Part shown: positions 9,162 to 18,585 of the stretch, piece by piece | Numbering within the stretch: position 1 is the first letter of the stretch | How the letters are laid out: every line of letters starts with the position of its first letter | DNA from: an uncultured archaeon | GTDB taxonomy: Archaea; Asgardarchaeota; Thorarchaeia; Thorarchaeales; Thorarchaeaceae | Assembly (NCBI GenBank): GCA_964473825.1 | Contig: CAYYQL010000032.1 | Coordinates: 1-31,990 of the forward strand | Direction: 5' to 3' | DNA: 31,990 bases | Translations under genes and position numbers: made by a program | Notes under the pieces: model-generated | Databases searched by the model: none | What the model was told of the DNA's origin: nothing | Seen by the model: the letters and a program-made list of their open reading frames with translations, nothing else

Positions 9162-10103
9162 ATGAATCCGATACCCTCCAATAGCAAGAAAAGATTGGCC
9201 CTCACTATGGTGGTTGGGCTCTTGTTCGCTCACGGGTTGTCACCTCTATTAGTACAGTGTGTTTCCGCGCAATCGAATCCGGTTGAGGGCTGGGCAGTCA
9301 TGATGGAGATGCTCTACTATCCAGAGGGCTGGAGCGATATTCCAACCGGCTATGCCGACAGTGAGAAATGGGATAACACACTTCGCTCACTTGGATGGCC
9401 TGCCAGTCACATCAACATCCTACATGGAGACATCACGCGTACCGCGATGGTGGATGCGATTGAGTGGCTTGCAGAGAAATCGGACGAAAACGATGCCGTA
9501 GTTCTGTTCGTCTTCTCTCACGGAAACTGGTTGAGAAATGTCATAGGTGATGGAATTGCTATTGGAGAAGCGTGGGAAGAGATTCCCAGTCCAAAGAGGC
9601 TTATGACCTTCTCAGCCTGTGGCGCGGGCGAGTACATCGCTGGAATTCCTGGTGCTGGGTCCGAGATTCGCGTTGGATCGGTGAAGAGAAACGAGTTGGC
9701 TTGGGCCGGTATTCCGGAGGAGAATCTTCCGGTGATTGGAGAGATCTTCAACCATTTCTTCACTTCAGCGTTCTTGAATGAAAGCGCAGATGCAAATGCG
9801 AACGGAGAAGTGAGCGTTGAAGAGGCCTTCCTGTTTGCGCGTCCACAGACCCAGGAGTATATCTTAGAAACCGTCTTCCCTGCATTTCCCGAATACGAGG
9901 AACTCTGCAATGGCTCCGCTCCTGAACCGGTCATGATGGATATGTATGCGGGGGAACTATCGCTCGCATGTGACGAGATCCAGACTGCCGCGGTCGACTC
10001 ACGCCTAGTTGGAATAGCAATTTCTGCGCCCATCGTCATGCTGGCCATTGTCGTATACCGATACAGACGCTCCGATGACAAAGAACAGAATGTTGCTCAA
10101 TAA
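9162..10103 (+). CDS. Membrane-anchored caspase-fold (clan CD, C14/C13-like) cysteine peptidase
   Basis: VVLFVFSHG (His codon 9519) and LMTFSACG (Cys codon 9618) dyad; DANANGEVSVEEAF loop; signal peptide; C-terminal TM followed by RYRR. Start set at ATG 9162 (the ORF track start is 9102). Confidence 0.72.
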   Translation: MNPIPSNSKKRLALTMVVGLLFAHGLSPLLVQCVSAQSNPVEGWAVMMEMLYYPEGWSDIPTGYADSEKWDNTLRSLGWPASHINILHGDITRTAMVDAIEWLAEKSDENDAVVLFVFSHGNWLRNVIGDGIAIGEAWEEIPSPKRLMTFSACGAGEYIAGIPGAGSEIRVGSVKRNELAWAGIPEENLPVIGEIFNHFFTSAFLNESADANANGEVSVEEAFLFARPQTQEYILETVFPAFPEYEELCNGSAPEPVMMDMYAGELSLACDEIQTAAVDSRLVGIAISAPIVMLAIVVYRYRRSDDKEQNVAQ

Positions 10104-10175
10104 GCATGAAACATCGCTTTTGCCATGAGAGAGATATCACCAGCCTTATCAGCTACAAGTCGAACTGAGAGAGAT

Positions 10176-11606
10176 ATGAAAGAATACGACATGATCGTAC
10201 TCGGTTCAGGTGCCGGCATGAATATTGCTTCGGCTGCCTTCGAACAAGGCATGGAAGTGGCCCTAGTCGAACGAGGGCCGCTCGGAGGTACATGCCTGCT
10301 GCGAGGATGTATTCCCACTAAGATACTCACCTATGTCGCCGATACGATTACACAGATACAGCATGCCGAGAGAATCAATCTCCGAGCAGAAGTGAACTCG
10401 GTTGATTTTGAGGGGCTCATGAACCGCATGAGGGAGGAGACTCTGGGCGAGGCAGAGAAGATGGGCGAATCGATTCGGTCCGTAGAGGGTTACGACTGGT
10501 ATCAGGTAACTGGGGAGTTTGTAGAGGATTATGTAATGGATGTAGGAGAGGAGAAGATCACCGCTCCAATCATCGTGCTTGCTGCGGGGTCGAGACCGCT
10601 CATTCCGCCAATCGAGGGAATCGAGAACGTTGAGTACCTAACGAACAAGACTGTGCTTGAGCTGAAGGAGAAGCCCAACTCCATAATCATAGTTGGCGGA
10701 GGATACATTGCAGCTGAGCTTGGGCACTTCTTCTCTGCAGTTGGAACCGATGTAACGATAGTGGGCAGAAATCCGCATCTCGTTAAGAACGAGGACCAAG
10801 ATGTTTCAGAACTGCTCAAGGATGAGTTATCAAAAAGAATGAAGATACTCACCAACTGGGAAGTTACTGAGGCACGAGAGGAAGGCGATGAGAAGATCAT
10901 CGTTGCCAAGAATCGCTCTGACGGAAACGAAACCGAGTTCCGAGCAGAACACATTCTGATAGCAGCAGGACGACGGTCAAATGCAGATCTCTTCAAACCT
11001 AAGAACACTGGAGTTGACACAGATGATCACGGTTTCATCAAGGTCGACGATTTCTTTCGAACGACAAAGGCAGGAATCTGGGCTTTTGGCGATGCAATAG
11101 GTGGTTACATGTTCAGACATCTGGCGAATGACGAATCACAAGTGGTGTGGTACAACATCCAGCGGACAATGGATGCCGAGGAGGATGAGGAACCTGAGCT
11201 CCTCTCAATGAGCTATCATGCGGTACCCAGAGCGGTCTTCAGCAATCCTCAGATTGCCACTGTTGGAATGACTCTAGCAGAGGCGAAGAACACAGACCGA
11301 GGTCTCCTTGTAGGAAAGGCAGGCTACGGAGATGTTGCAAAGGGTGCCGCTATGGGATACCCACCCGGATTTGCTCGAGTGATATGTGATGCAGAGACCC
11401 AAGAGATTCTGGGTGCTACCATCATAGGCCCCCATGCACCGATTCTCATTCAAGAGATCATCAACCTGATGTACACAGACACAAGGTCCTATGTTCCCGT
11501 ATTTAGGGCTATGCACATACATCCAGCACTATCGGAACTCGTGCAGCGGGCATTCGGGAGAATGCGGCCGTTGGATGGAAACCAGCATCATCAGCACCAT
11601 CATTGA
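10176..11606 (+). CDS. Class I pyridine nucleotide-disulfide oxidoreductase (dihydrolipoamide dehydrogenase / mycothione reductase-like)
   Basis: FAD motif GSGAG, redox-active GGTCLLRGCIPTK, NAD(P) motif GGGYIAAE, WAFGD, C-terminal HIHPALSE, and a His-rich tail QHHQHHH. Confidence 0.9.
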   Translation: MKEYDMIVLGSGAGMNIASAAFEQGMEVALVERGPLGGTCLLRGCIPTKILTYVADTITQIQHAERINLRAEVNSVDFEGLMNRMREETLGEAEKMGESIRSVEGYDWYQVTGEFVEDYVMDVGEEKITAPIIVLAAGSRPLIPPIEGIENVEYLTNKTVLELKEKPNSIIIVGGGYIAAELGHFFSAVGTDVTIVGRNPHLVKNEDQDVSELLKDELSKRMKILTNWEVTEAREEGDEKIIVAKNRSDGNETEFRAEHILIAAGRRSNADLFKPKNTGVDTDDHGFIKVDDFFRTTKAGIWAFGDAIGGYMFRHLANDESQVVWYNIQRTMDAEEDEEPELLSMSYHAVPRAVFSNPQIATVGMTLAEAKNTDRGLLVGKAGYGDVAKGAAMGYPPGFARVICDAETQEILGATIIGPHAPILIQEIINLMYTDTRSYVPVFRAMHIHPALSELVQRAFGRMRPLDGNQHHQHHH

Positions 11607-11623
11607 ATGGCAAAACGAAAGCA

Positions 11624-12526
11624 CTAGGCTGAAGCCTGTGTCAATCCCATGTCCTCAGCTAATGCAATCGCTTTAAGGGCAGAAATCTCTTTGTCCTTGA
11701 CCTCGAGCATCAAATCGAAGCTGTACTCTCCAAGTGCATGGAGGAAAGACTGGAAATCCTGAGTTTGGATCGATTTAGCATGCTTTCCTAATCGTCCGTC
11801 CTGTGTCCGGCTGCTGTAGTGAACAATGGGAATGCCGTCAGACCGACTCCATGTATTCCTTACCATCTCAAACGCCTCATCCAGCTTCTCACCATTTCCG
11901 TTGGCTTCATGATGGAGGTTATCAAGGACAACAGGGACGGCTATCTCATCATGAAGGGACACGCAATCCTCCACCGTATAGCTCCGCTCGTCGTTCTCGA
12001 TGATCAAGCGTTTTGTTATCTTACTGGAGAGACCCTGATAGACCTTCACGAATCGCTCTTTGGCCCTCTCCTTGTTGCCGTAGACACCGCCAACGTGCAG
12101 CACGAACTTAGCGTCTGGTCCCTGATTCATGAGGTCAAGCACGTCGGTATGGTATTCAAGCTCGAGGATGCTCCGTTCCACAACATCGGCTCTGTTTGAA
12201 TTCAGTACAGTATACTGGCCGGGATGCATCGAGACCCTCATATTGTACCGTCGAACGAGCTCCCCGATTCGGGCGAACCTGTCAGAGAAGAATGCCTGCC
12301 AGTCAACTTCACAAACAGTATGGCTAGCAAAGGGCACCAGATCCGATGTTATCCGAAAGAAGTAGATGCTGTGCTCGATATTCCATTGAAGGATTTTCTC
12401 CAAGCAATCAAGATTCTGCATGATTGTTTCTTTGAATCGCTTCTCGGACCACGAACTCAGTCTGAAGGTGCTTGCCGATGTGCATCCAATCGAGTTGTTC
12501 ATGCAGGGATAGCCGATTCGTATCAT
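11624..12526 (-). CDS. uvsE: UV DNA damage repair endonuclease UvsE
   Basis: IRIGYPC, FFRITSDLVPFASH, RVSMHPGQYTVLNS, LHVGGVYGNK, IIENDE, DNLHH, VHYSS and DLMLEVKDKE. Alternative GTG start at 12532. Confidence 0.95.
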   Translation of the reverse strand: MIRIGYPCMNNSIGCTSASTFRLSSWSEKRFKETIMQNLDCLEKILQWNIEHSIYFFRITSDLVPFASHTVCEVDWQAFFSDRFARIGELVRRYNMRVSMHPGQYTVLNSNRADVVERSILELEYHTDVLDLMNQGPDAKFVLHVGGVYGNKERAKERFVKVYQGLSSKITKRLIIENDERSYTVEDCVSLHDEIAVPVVLDNLHHEANGNGEKLDEAFEMVRNTWSRSDGIPIVHYSSRTQDGRLGKHAKSIQTQDFQSFLHALGEYSFDLMLEVKDKEISALKAIALAEDMGLTQASA

Positions 12527-12615
12527 TTCCACCTTCGCCCCAAGCTGTCCGCCCAGAGATGTGTTATGAACATTGACATGTGGGAGTGACTGAGGAAATG
12601 CAGAAAGATCGGGCT

Positions 12616-15600
12616 CTAGTCAGTTGCTCTCCATGGAAGTCGGAGTTGACCTCCAAATCTGTCCCGAAAGACGAGTAACACGATGACAAATGCAGCTCCT
12701 ACTACGAAGCTTCCAATACCGACCCCCAGAAGCACCACGCCCTGCCCGTCAGGAACAGTCGCAGTGGTCGTGGAGGTTGTAGTCGTTGTTGTGCTAGTGG
12801 TTGCTAAGGTCACCGTCACAAGCACTGAATCACTGGCAGTATTATCGCCCTGGTCGGAAACGACAAGAGTGTAATTGAATGTTCCAAGAATCAACAAGTC
12901 CACATTGACTACAATCGGGGAACCATCCCATGCTGCATCAACAAGCACCTCACCATCTCTGAGAATCTGATAGAAAGAAGCACCCAAGTCAGAAACCGAC
13001 CATGAGATCTGATGACCCGTTGAACCCACAACATAGTCTATATCGTTGGGGCTATCGATGCTGGGGGCAACTGTATCAACTACCTCGACGAAGACCGTAT
13101 CAGCGTCACTATTGCCGCTTCCGTCGTAGGCAACAATAGTAATATTGTACAGACCTACTGATAGTCCATCGATGGAGTGGTTGATTGCTCCTCCATTCCA
13201 TAAAACATGATGAACAATCAATCTGTTTCTGTAGATATCATAGTGATCCGGGTCTAGCTCTGTGACGTTCCATTTTATGTGGTTACCGTTTGATCCAAGT
13301 TCATAGACTATGTCAGAAGAAGAGCTTACCGCAGGTTTGGTGCTGTCACTCACTGTGACGAGGACTCTGTCATTTGCTACGTTTCCACTTGAGTCGGAAA
13401 CAACGATTTTGAACTCATAAGTGCCCACCATTAGCCCATCAGTGTTCAAATCGATAGGTGAACCGTCCCACGAGGCTTCCTCAATCACGCTGCCATCCAG
13501 ATAGATCTCGTATGACTCGGGGCTCAGGTCGGTTGGACTCCATGTGATGACGTTTCCAGTTGAACCCAACTCGTAGAGTATGTTAGGTATGCTGTCAATG
13601 TCAGGCGCGGTGGTATCGGCCACAGTAATCATCACTGTGTTAGCAGTCGACTTTCCATATGTGTCGAAGACTAGCAGAGTGAAGTTCCACATGCCCAAAT
13701 CAAGTCCGTCTAAGTCCACTGTGACATCGGACGCATTCAGAGGGGATGAGATGAGCAGACTATGGTTTCTATAGATATCGTAGGTGTCTGGATGGATCTC
13801 AGAGATTGTCCAGGTAATAGAGTTCCCCTCAGAGCCCAATTCATAGGTCGCGTCTTCGGGCTGATTGATGGAGGGAGCATATAGGTCTAGGACGCAGGGG
13901 TAGCTGTCTATCCCTCCTCCGGTCCCCTCAATCAAGTAGGAGCCTGAACCTGGATAGTCCGACCAGCAGTTACCATGGGTGCCGTTATCCCAATTTGTAG
14001 ATCCGCTATGGTCGTAAGCGTTGAGAGCCGTGTTGTACCCTATGCTATTCATGTAGAACAGGTTCGTCACTGAATCAACTTCCAGTTCGACGCCAAGAGC
14101 ATTATGTATCACGGTGTTTTGAGTCAGCGTGCAGTTGGTGGAACTCGAGAGGTGGACTCCAATTAGGCCATTGTTAGTCGCGTTGTTCTCCAATAGCGAC
14201 AGATTCTGCGACAACAGAAGAGCAAACCCGTGAGCCAGATTGGAGTCAGCTCTATTGTGTTCAAGACTGGCATTGAACAGAGCCTGTAGCCCGAACCCGA
14301 TCTGGTTATCACCTGCCGTGTTGTATTCCAGAATGCAATCGTCTGAGCTGTCCACATTGAAACCGTACTTGGTATTACCTGTCGCAGTGTTCTCACTGAC
14401 CATCCAGGCATCAGTGTTACTCATATTGAATCCACTCTGGATGTTATCACTGGCAATATTGCTATGGAGTTGCCCATTATCCGATTCAGTAACATAGAAG
14501 CCGTCGAAACCGTTCTGGTTTGCGTAGTTGGTGGTAGAATTGACAGCAACTGTTTGGAGGATGTGAAATCCATATTGGCTATTGTTTTCGGCTCGATTTC
14601 CTGTGAGACTACAGTACTCAGAGTACTTGATATAGAAGCCATCTTGCAGATTGTTTCTTGCCTCGTTGTCGGTTAGCGCTCCAGAAGTCACTCTGTCATG
14701 ACTATATGCAGTAATGTGAAAACCATTCCTAGCGTTAGAATCCGCAAAGTTATCCTGAAACACCGGGTAGTCCGAACGATAGAGCGGCCCAAAACCATGA
14801 TGCTCGTTCATCAGTGCCTTGTTCTCTATTAGATGACAGCCATCCGAGTTCGCTACCATGAAACCGTATTGAGCGTTCTTCTGGGCAGTGTTGTTTTGCA
14901 ACGTGATGTTCTCAGAATTCCGTACCCTGACGCCATTCAGAGAGTTCTCCTCCGAGAGGATGTTCTTGATGGTGCAATTTCGGGAGGACAGCACAGTCAG
15001 CCCCTCTGTAGCATTCACGAAATGTCCATTCTGCAGTTCAAGGAAGGAGCAGTTGAGAAGCAGCACCTGACCGTAATCGGTTCCATCTATCACTGTGCCG
15101 TTAATATCTTGGAAATAGCCTAGCGGCTTGCCGTTGACAGTCGTATCTTCTACTGAGGTAAATAGATCGGTAAGAGAAACCGACTCGAGATACAAGCCAT
15201 TGTTGTATAGAGTGTTTCCGGTGAATGAGCAGTTCTCGAAAGGCGCACTCATCATATCTACAATCCAGAAACCATACTCGCTGTTTGATATTGTGTTGTT
15301 GGATAGCACAGAATCGAATAAGGCCAGTTCAACGTACACGCCAGCCTCAGAATTGCGATGAATCTCGTTCATAGAAACATTGGATTCTTGGATCCACGTG
15401 CAATCCAGACCTATTCGGTTCTCTGCTGCCCTATTATGAGTCACGTTACTATTCTCGATGGACAAGTGGAACCCAGAGTATGAATTATGTGATGCATTGT
15501 TCTCCAAAACCGAGAAGTATCTGCCCGAAACCAAGATTCCGCGAGAGTTGTTGCTCGCGACATTATGACGAACTCTCACGTGTTGACTACTACCGATTAT

Positions 15601-16131
15601 GAACGCATTTTCATTGATGGTTGCGGTGTTGTTAGCCACTAAGGAATAGTCGCAAAGATAGCAATTGACTCCCTCGCCGTTTTCACGAAGAGTGTTGTTT
15701 AGAACTGAACAGTCCGCTGATTGCTGAATGAACAGACCTGTGCTGTGCTTCTCGATCACGCAGTCTTGAATCGTGCCGTTTGGTGCGAACATGATATGAA
15801 TGCCATGACTGCTGGAAGAGCCTGGAGCAGATATCAGGCAATCTATAATCAGGTAATGTGCCGTAGTGTCTTGGATATCGATGCAGATGCCATCGCTGGT
15901 GATGTTGTAGCCCTCGATACGATACGGATTTTCCGCCGTACCGTTGCCCGGAAATGCCGCGAGGTCGCCGTCATCTCTGACGACAATCGGGGGATGAGGG
16001 ATGTATGCAGGTTCGAAACCCAGACATGAGTCTAGGTTGCTTCTTCCCACGTCAGAGGGGTTTGGGGCAGTTGTAGCCCCGTTCAAAAATAGCACAGCAA
16101 AGAAAAGGAGGAATAGCATTTTCGTCTTCAT
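12616..16131 (-). CDS. Large surface protein: right-handed beta-helix (NosD-like) repeats, four Ig-like repeats, Thr-rich linker and C-terminal TM anchor
   Basis: Signal peptide; FPGNGTAENPYRIEGYNI; many ~22-23 aa N-x-A-xx-N-xx-G-F coils; WDNGTHGNCWSDY; four ~90-aa D(T)TAP-I...YELGS-GN-I-W...DTV-V-V units; TTSTTTTTTSTTT; TM helix. ATG 16131 follows GAGGA. Confidence 0.9.
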   Translation of the reverse strand: MKTKMLFLLFFAVLFLNGATTAPNPSDVGRSNLDSCLGFEPAYIPHPPIVVRDDGDLAAFPGNGTAENPYRIEGYNITSDGICIDIQDTTAHYLIIDCLISAPGSSSSHGIHIMFAPNGTIQDCVIEKHSTGLFIQQSADCSVLNNTLRENGEGVNCYLCDYSLVANNTATINENAFIIGSSQHVRVRHNVASNNSRGILVSGRYFSVLENNASHNSYSGFHLSIENSNVTHNRAAENRIGLDCTWIQESNVSMNEIHRNSEAGVYVELALFDSVLSNNTISNSEYGFWIVDMMSAPFENCSFTGNTLYNNGLYLESVSLTDLFTSVEDTTVNGKPLGYFQDINGTVIDGTDYGQVLLLNCSFLELQNGHFVNATEGLTVLSSRNCTIKNILSEENSLNGVRVRNSENITLQNNTAQKNAQYGFMVANSDGCHLIENKALMNEHHGFGPLYRSDYPVFQDNFADSNARNGFHITAYSHDRVTSGALTDNEARNNLQDGFYIKYSEYCSLTGNRAENNSQYGFHILQTVAVNSTTNYANQNGFDGFYVTESDNGQLHSNIASDNIQSGFNMSNTDAWMVSENTATGNTKYGFNVDSSDDCILEYNTAGDNQIGFGLQALFNASLEHNRADSNLAHGFALLLSQNLSLLENNATNNGLIGVHLSSSTNCTLTQNTVIHNALGVELEVDSVTNLFYMNSIGYNTALNAYDHSGSTNWDNGTHGNCWSDYPGSGSYLIEGTGGGIDSYPCVLDLYAPSINQPEDATYELGSEGNSITWTISEIHPDTYDIYRNHSLLISSPLNASDVTVDLDGLDLGMWNFTLLVFDTYGKSTANTVMITVADTTAPDIDSIPNILYELGSTGNVITWSPTDLSPESYEIYLDGSVIEEASWDGSPIDLNTDGLMVGTYEFKIVVSDSSGNVANDRVLVTVSDSTKPAVSSSSDIVYELGSNGNHIKWNVTELDPDHYDIYRNRLIVHHVLWNGGAINHSIDGLSVGLYNITIVAYDGSGNSDADTVFVEVVDTVAPSIDSPNDIDYVVGSTGHQISWSVSDLGASFYQILRDGEVLVDAAWDGSPIVVNVDLLILGTFNYTLVVSDQGDNTASDSVLVTVTLATTSTTTTTTSTTTATVPDGQGVVLLGVGIGSFVVGAAFVIVLLVFRDRFGGQLRLPWRATD

Positions 16132-16172
16132 GTGGATAGTCCTCGGACCAAGGGTGCGCAAAAAGAGGGCGG

Positions 16173-16178
16173 TTATAA
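16173..16178 (-). promoter_or_regulatory. Putative archaeal TATA box of the 12616-16131 gene
   Basis: (C)TTATAA about 42 nt upstream of ATG 16131. Confidence 0.45.
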
Positions 16179-16447
16179 GCTGTCCGATAGGTCCAATCCT
16201 CCTCCGTCATGTTTGTGTACTCCACTATGCGAAGGCTTTGTTACCAGCCTGTTCAGAAGAGAAAACACCGACAAGCCTTATCATGGTTGCCATGAACTGA
16301 GAAGAAGCTTGGCTATTGTCCCTTAGCTCACCCCAGCAGAATTATATGATATTCCATGCGCTTTGCCGCAGAACTCATAGGCTTGGATGCCCGTATGAGA
16401 TAGACAGCATACATAGACTGGATGCAGTTCGGAGGAGATTGGCACTG

Positions 16448-16798
16448 ATGTTTCAGAGAAGAATCTATGACATAGCAGACGAAGACTTCGCTAGCGTAAG
16501 AGAAGACCTGACTCGCAGTGTGTATGGGCTTCCCTTGGCTCCCAACCTTGAGTCAGGAACGAGAATCACGCTCACAACAGTACATCCCAACGGCGAGTTT
16601 TTCTCACACAAAGATGAGTACCATCATGTATTCTATTTCATTGACGGGAAAGGCATCGGCTGGATTGGTGACGAGAAATATGAGATTAGACCTGGCCGAG
16701 TTGCACGTATTCCTGCAGGCACCCTCCATGGCTACCGAAATGATTCCACAGAGCCCATGGTGCTCTTAACAGTCAATATCCCAATCAGTGAATGCTAG
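16448..16798 (+). CDS. Cupin domain protein
   Basis: H-x-D-E-x-H-H-VFYFIDGKG and IPAGTLHGYRN cupin motifs; GGAGG upstream of ATG 16448. Confidence 0.85.
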   Translation: MFQRRIYDIADEDFASVREDLTRSVYGLPLAPNLESGTRITLTTVHPNGEFFSHKDEYHHVFYFIDGKGIGWIGDEKYEIRPGRVARIPAGTLHGYRNDSTEPMVLLTVNIPISEC

Positions 16799-16870
16799 CA
16801 TGTGATGGGAGAACGAATTCGATACGGACTTATGTGATGCCCCTGTAAAAGTAGACCGGAGGAACTCAGA

Positions 16871-17635
16871 GTGACAAAGGATTATGCCCTCGCGAAGATG
16901 ACCTGGGAAGAAGTTGAGAAGCGGCTTGACGAATCGAGCGTCATTCTTGTTCCTGTCGGGTCAACAGAGCAACACGGACCAGCCCTTCCTGTTGATAACG
17001 ACCACTTCATCGCTACGGAATTAGCCACCAGAACGGCTGAGAAGGTCTGGGACGAGATGAAGATCACTGTGGCACCCACTGTTGTCTATGGATACTCACG
17101 CCATCACATGGAGTTTCCTGGCACTGTATCGATTCGTGAACAGACTCTATCGATGCTTCTAGTCGATATCTGCAGGTCTCTCGACGGCCACGGTTTCAGT
17201 CCCATTATCATGCTCAACGGCCATGGAGGGAATACTGCCGCCATCACCAATGCCCTTCACATCTTGCGAGATGACCATGATATCATCGCCTATGCGGTGA
17301 ACTGGTGGAGCCTGGCCATGGACAAGATCAAAGAGGTCGCAACACCCCCAGTCTATCACGCATGCGATATGGAAACATCCGTTGCCTGGTATCTCGACCA
17401 GCGAGTGCTGGCCGAAGAGCTGGTTGATGAGCCGGGGGAGTCACCCTTACCTGACTATATTGTGCCGGACATGCTCGACGGATCACCTACAGCTCAGATG
17501 GCAACCATGATGAGACAACTCACTGATACTGGGAACGTCGGCTACTCCACTCAAGCAACGCGGGAGAAGGGTCAGGCAATTGCAGATGTGGTCATAGAGA
17601 GGTTGGTAGAATTCATCAAACGCTTGACAACGTAG
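16871..17635 (+). CDS. Creatininase (creatinine amidohydrolase) family protein
   Basis: PVGSTEQHGP, GYSRHHMEFPGT, NGHGGN and HACDMETS; GGAGG RBS before GTG. Confidence 0.92.
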   Translation: MTKDYALAKMTWEEVEKRLDESSVILVPVGSTEQHGPALPVDNDHFIATELATRTAEKVWDEMKITVAPTVVYGYSRHHMEFPGTVSIREQTLSMLLVDICRSLDGHGFSPIIMLNGHGGNTAAITNALHILRDDHDIIAYAVNWWSLAMDKIKEVATPPVYHACDMETSVAWYLDQRVLAEELVDEPGESPLPDYIVPDMLDGSPTAQMATMMRQLTDTGNVGYSTQATREKGQAIADVVIERLVEFIKRLTT

Positions 17636-17695
17636 AAATGCTGTGTCGTGTAAGAATTGATAAGCGTCAATTGCAAGCCATAGGTGGGTGCCGAT

Positions 17696-18094
17696 TTGAG
17701 AAGAGCTGAAGACTGGATGCATCAAGCCAAGTTCAACCTTGAGCACGCTAAGGGGAGTATAGGCCTCAAGCACTATGACTGGGCTTGCTTTGCGGCTCAG
17801 CAAGCCGCCGAGATGGCTGTCAAGGCTATCTTCAGATCCCTTGGCGCAGAAGCCTGGGGACATTCTGTCGCTCAGTTGCTGGACGCGCTCCCGGAGGACT
17901 ATGTACCAAACGAAAAGATTCTCTCATATGCACGAGAACTCGACAGGCACTACATACCAGCAAGGTATCCGAACGGGCTGCCGGGAGGCACGCCTAGAGA
18001 CGCCTTTGATGAAGACGAAGCGAAGGAGGCAGTTACCGCTGCAGGAGAAGTCATCAAATTCTGTGAGAGTGTTCTGGCCCGCACCCAAGAGTGA
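17696..18094 (+). CDS. HEPN domain protein (COG2250-type)
   Basis: DW..QA, WACFAAQQAAEMAVKA, GHSVAQLL and LDRHYIPARYP. TTG 17696 follows GGTG (alternative GTG at 17684). Confidence 0.9.
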   Translation: MRRAEDWMHQAKFNLEHAKGSIGLKHYDWACFAAQQAAEMAVKAIFRSLGAEAWGHSVAQLLDALPEDYVPNEKILSYARELDRHYIPARYPNGLPGGTPRDAFDEDEAKEAVTAAGEVIKFCESVLARTQE

Positions 18095-18404
18095 AGTCAT
18101 GAAAAAGACCAGACATGTTGCTGAACTCTTACTCAGTCTAGAATATGTTGTCGATGTCTGGTTGTTCGGATCCTACGCCACAGATGAGTTCATGCATCAG
18201 AGTGACATCGACTTGTGCGTTGTAGTTCATGATGACGCGAAGTTAAGAGAAGTCGACCTAATGAAAAAAGTCAGTCAACTCAAGACGGGTATGAACTTTG
18301 AGCTTCATGTCTATACAGAAAGCGAGCTCGAGGCCCTTCTCCAAGATTCTGGCAGCTTTGTTGCTCGTGAGATTGTGGGAAAGGGAGTTCATATCACAGG
18401 ATAG
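18063..18404 (+). CDS. Minimal nucleotidyltransferase (MNT), putative antitoxin
   Basis: LFGSYATDEFMHQSDIDL fits GS-X10-DXD; overlaps the 3' end of the HEPN gene. Start uncertain (GTG 18063 or ATG 18009). Confidence 0.85.
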   Translation: MRVFWPAPKSEVMKKTRHVAELLLSLEYVVDVWLFGSYATDEFMHQSDIDLCVVVHDDAKLREVDLMKKVSQLKTGMNFELHVYTESELEALLQDSGSFVAREIVGKGVHITG

Positions 18405-18585
18405 GCTGTGATCCTAGAAGCCCGAGCACCAAACGAAAGAGAGAGGCTGCCCTTTGCCAAGCTTCGTTGCATAGATGCGACTGGGCGCAGCCGTCTTCCC
18501 TGTGGCACGCCCGAAACTCAATTTAGTGGGTTTGCCCATGAATCTCAGCTAAGCCAAAGAGCGGAACTCCTGGGTGTTGAACAAG

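Noticed and set aside
10176-11606. Mercuric reductase MerA
   Set aside because: No C-terminal vicinal Cys pair and no N-terminal HMA domain.
17775-18062. Long N-terminal extension of the nucleotidyltransferase in the ORF track
   Set aside because: It lies wholly inside the HEPN gene in another frame; MNT-like sequence begins only near 18063.
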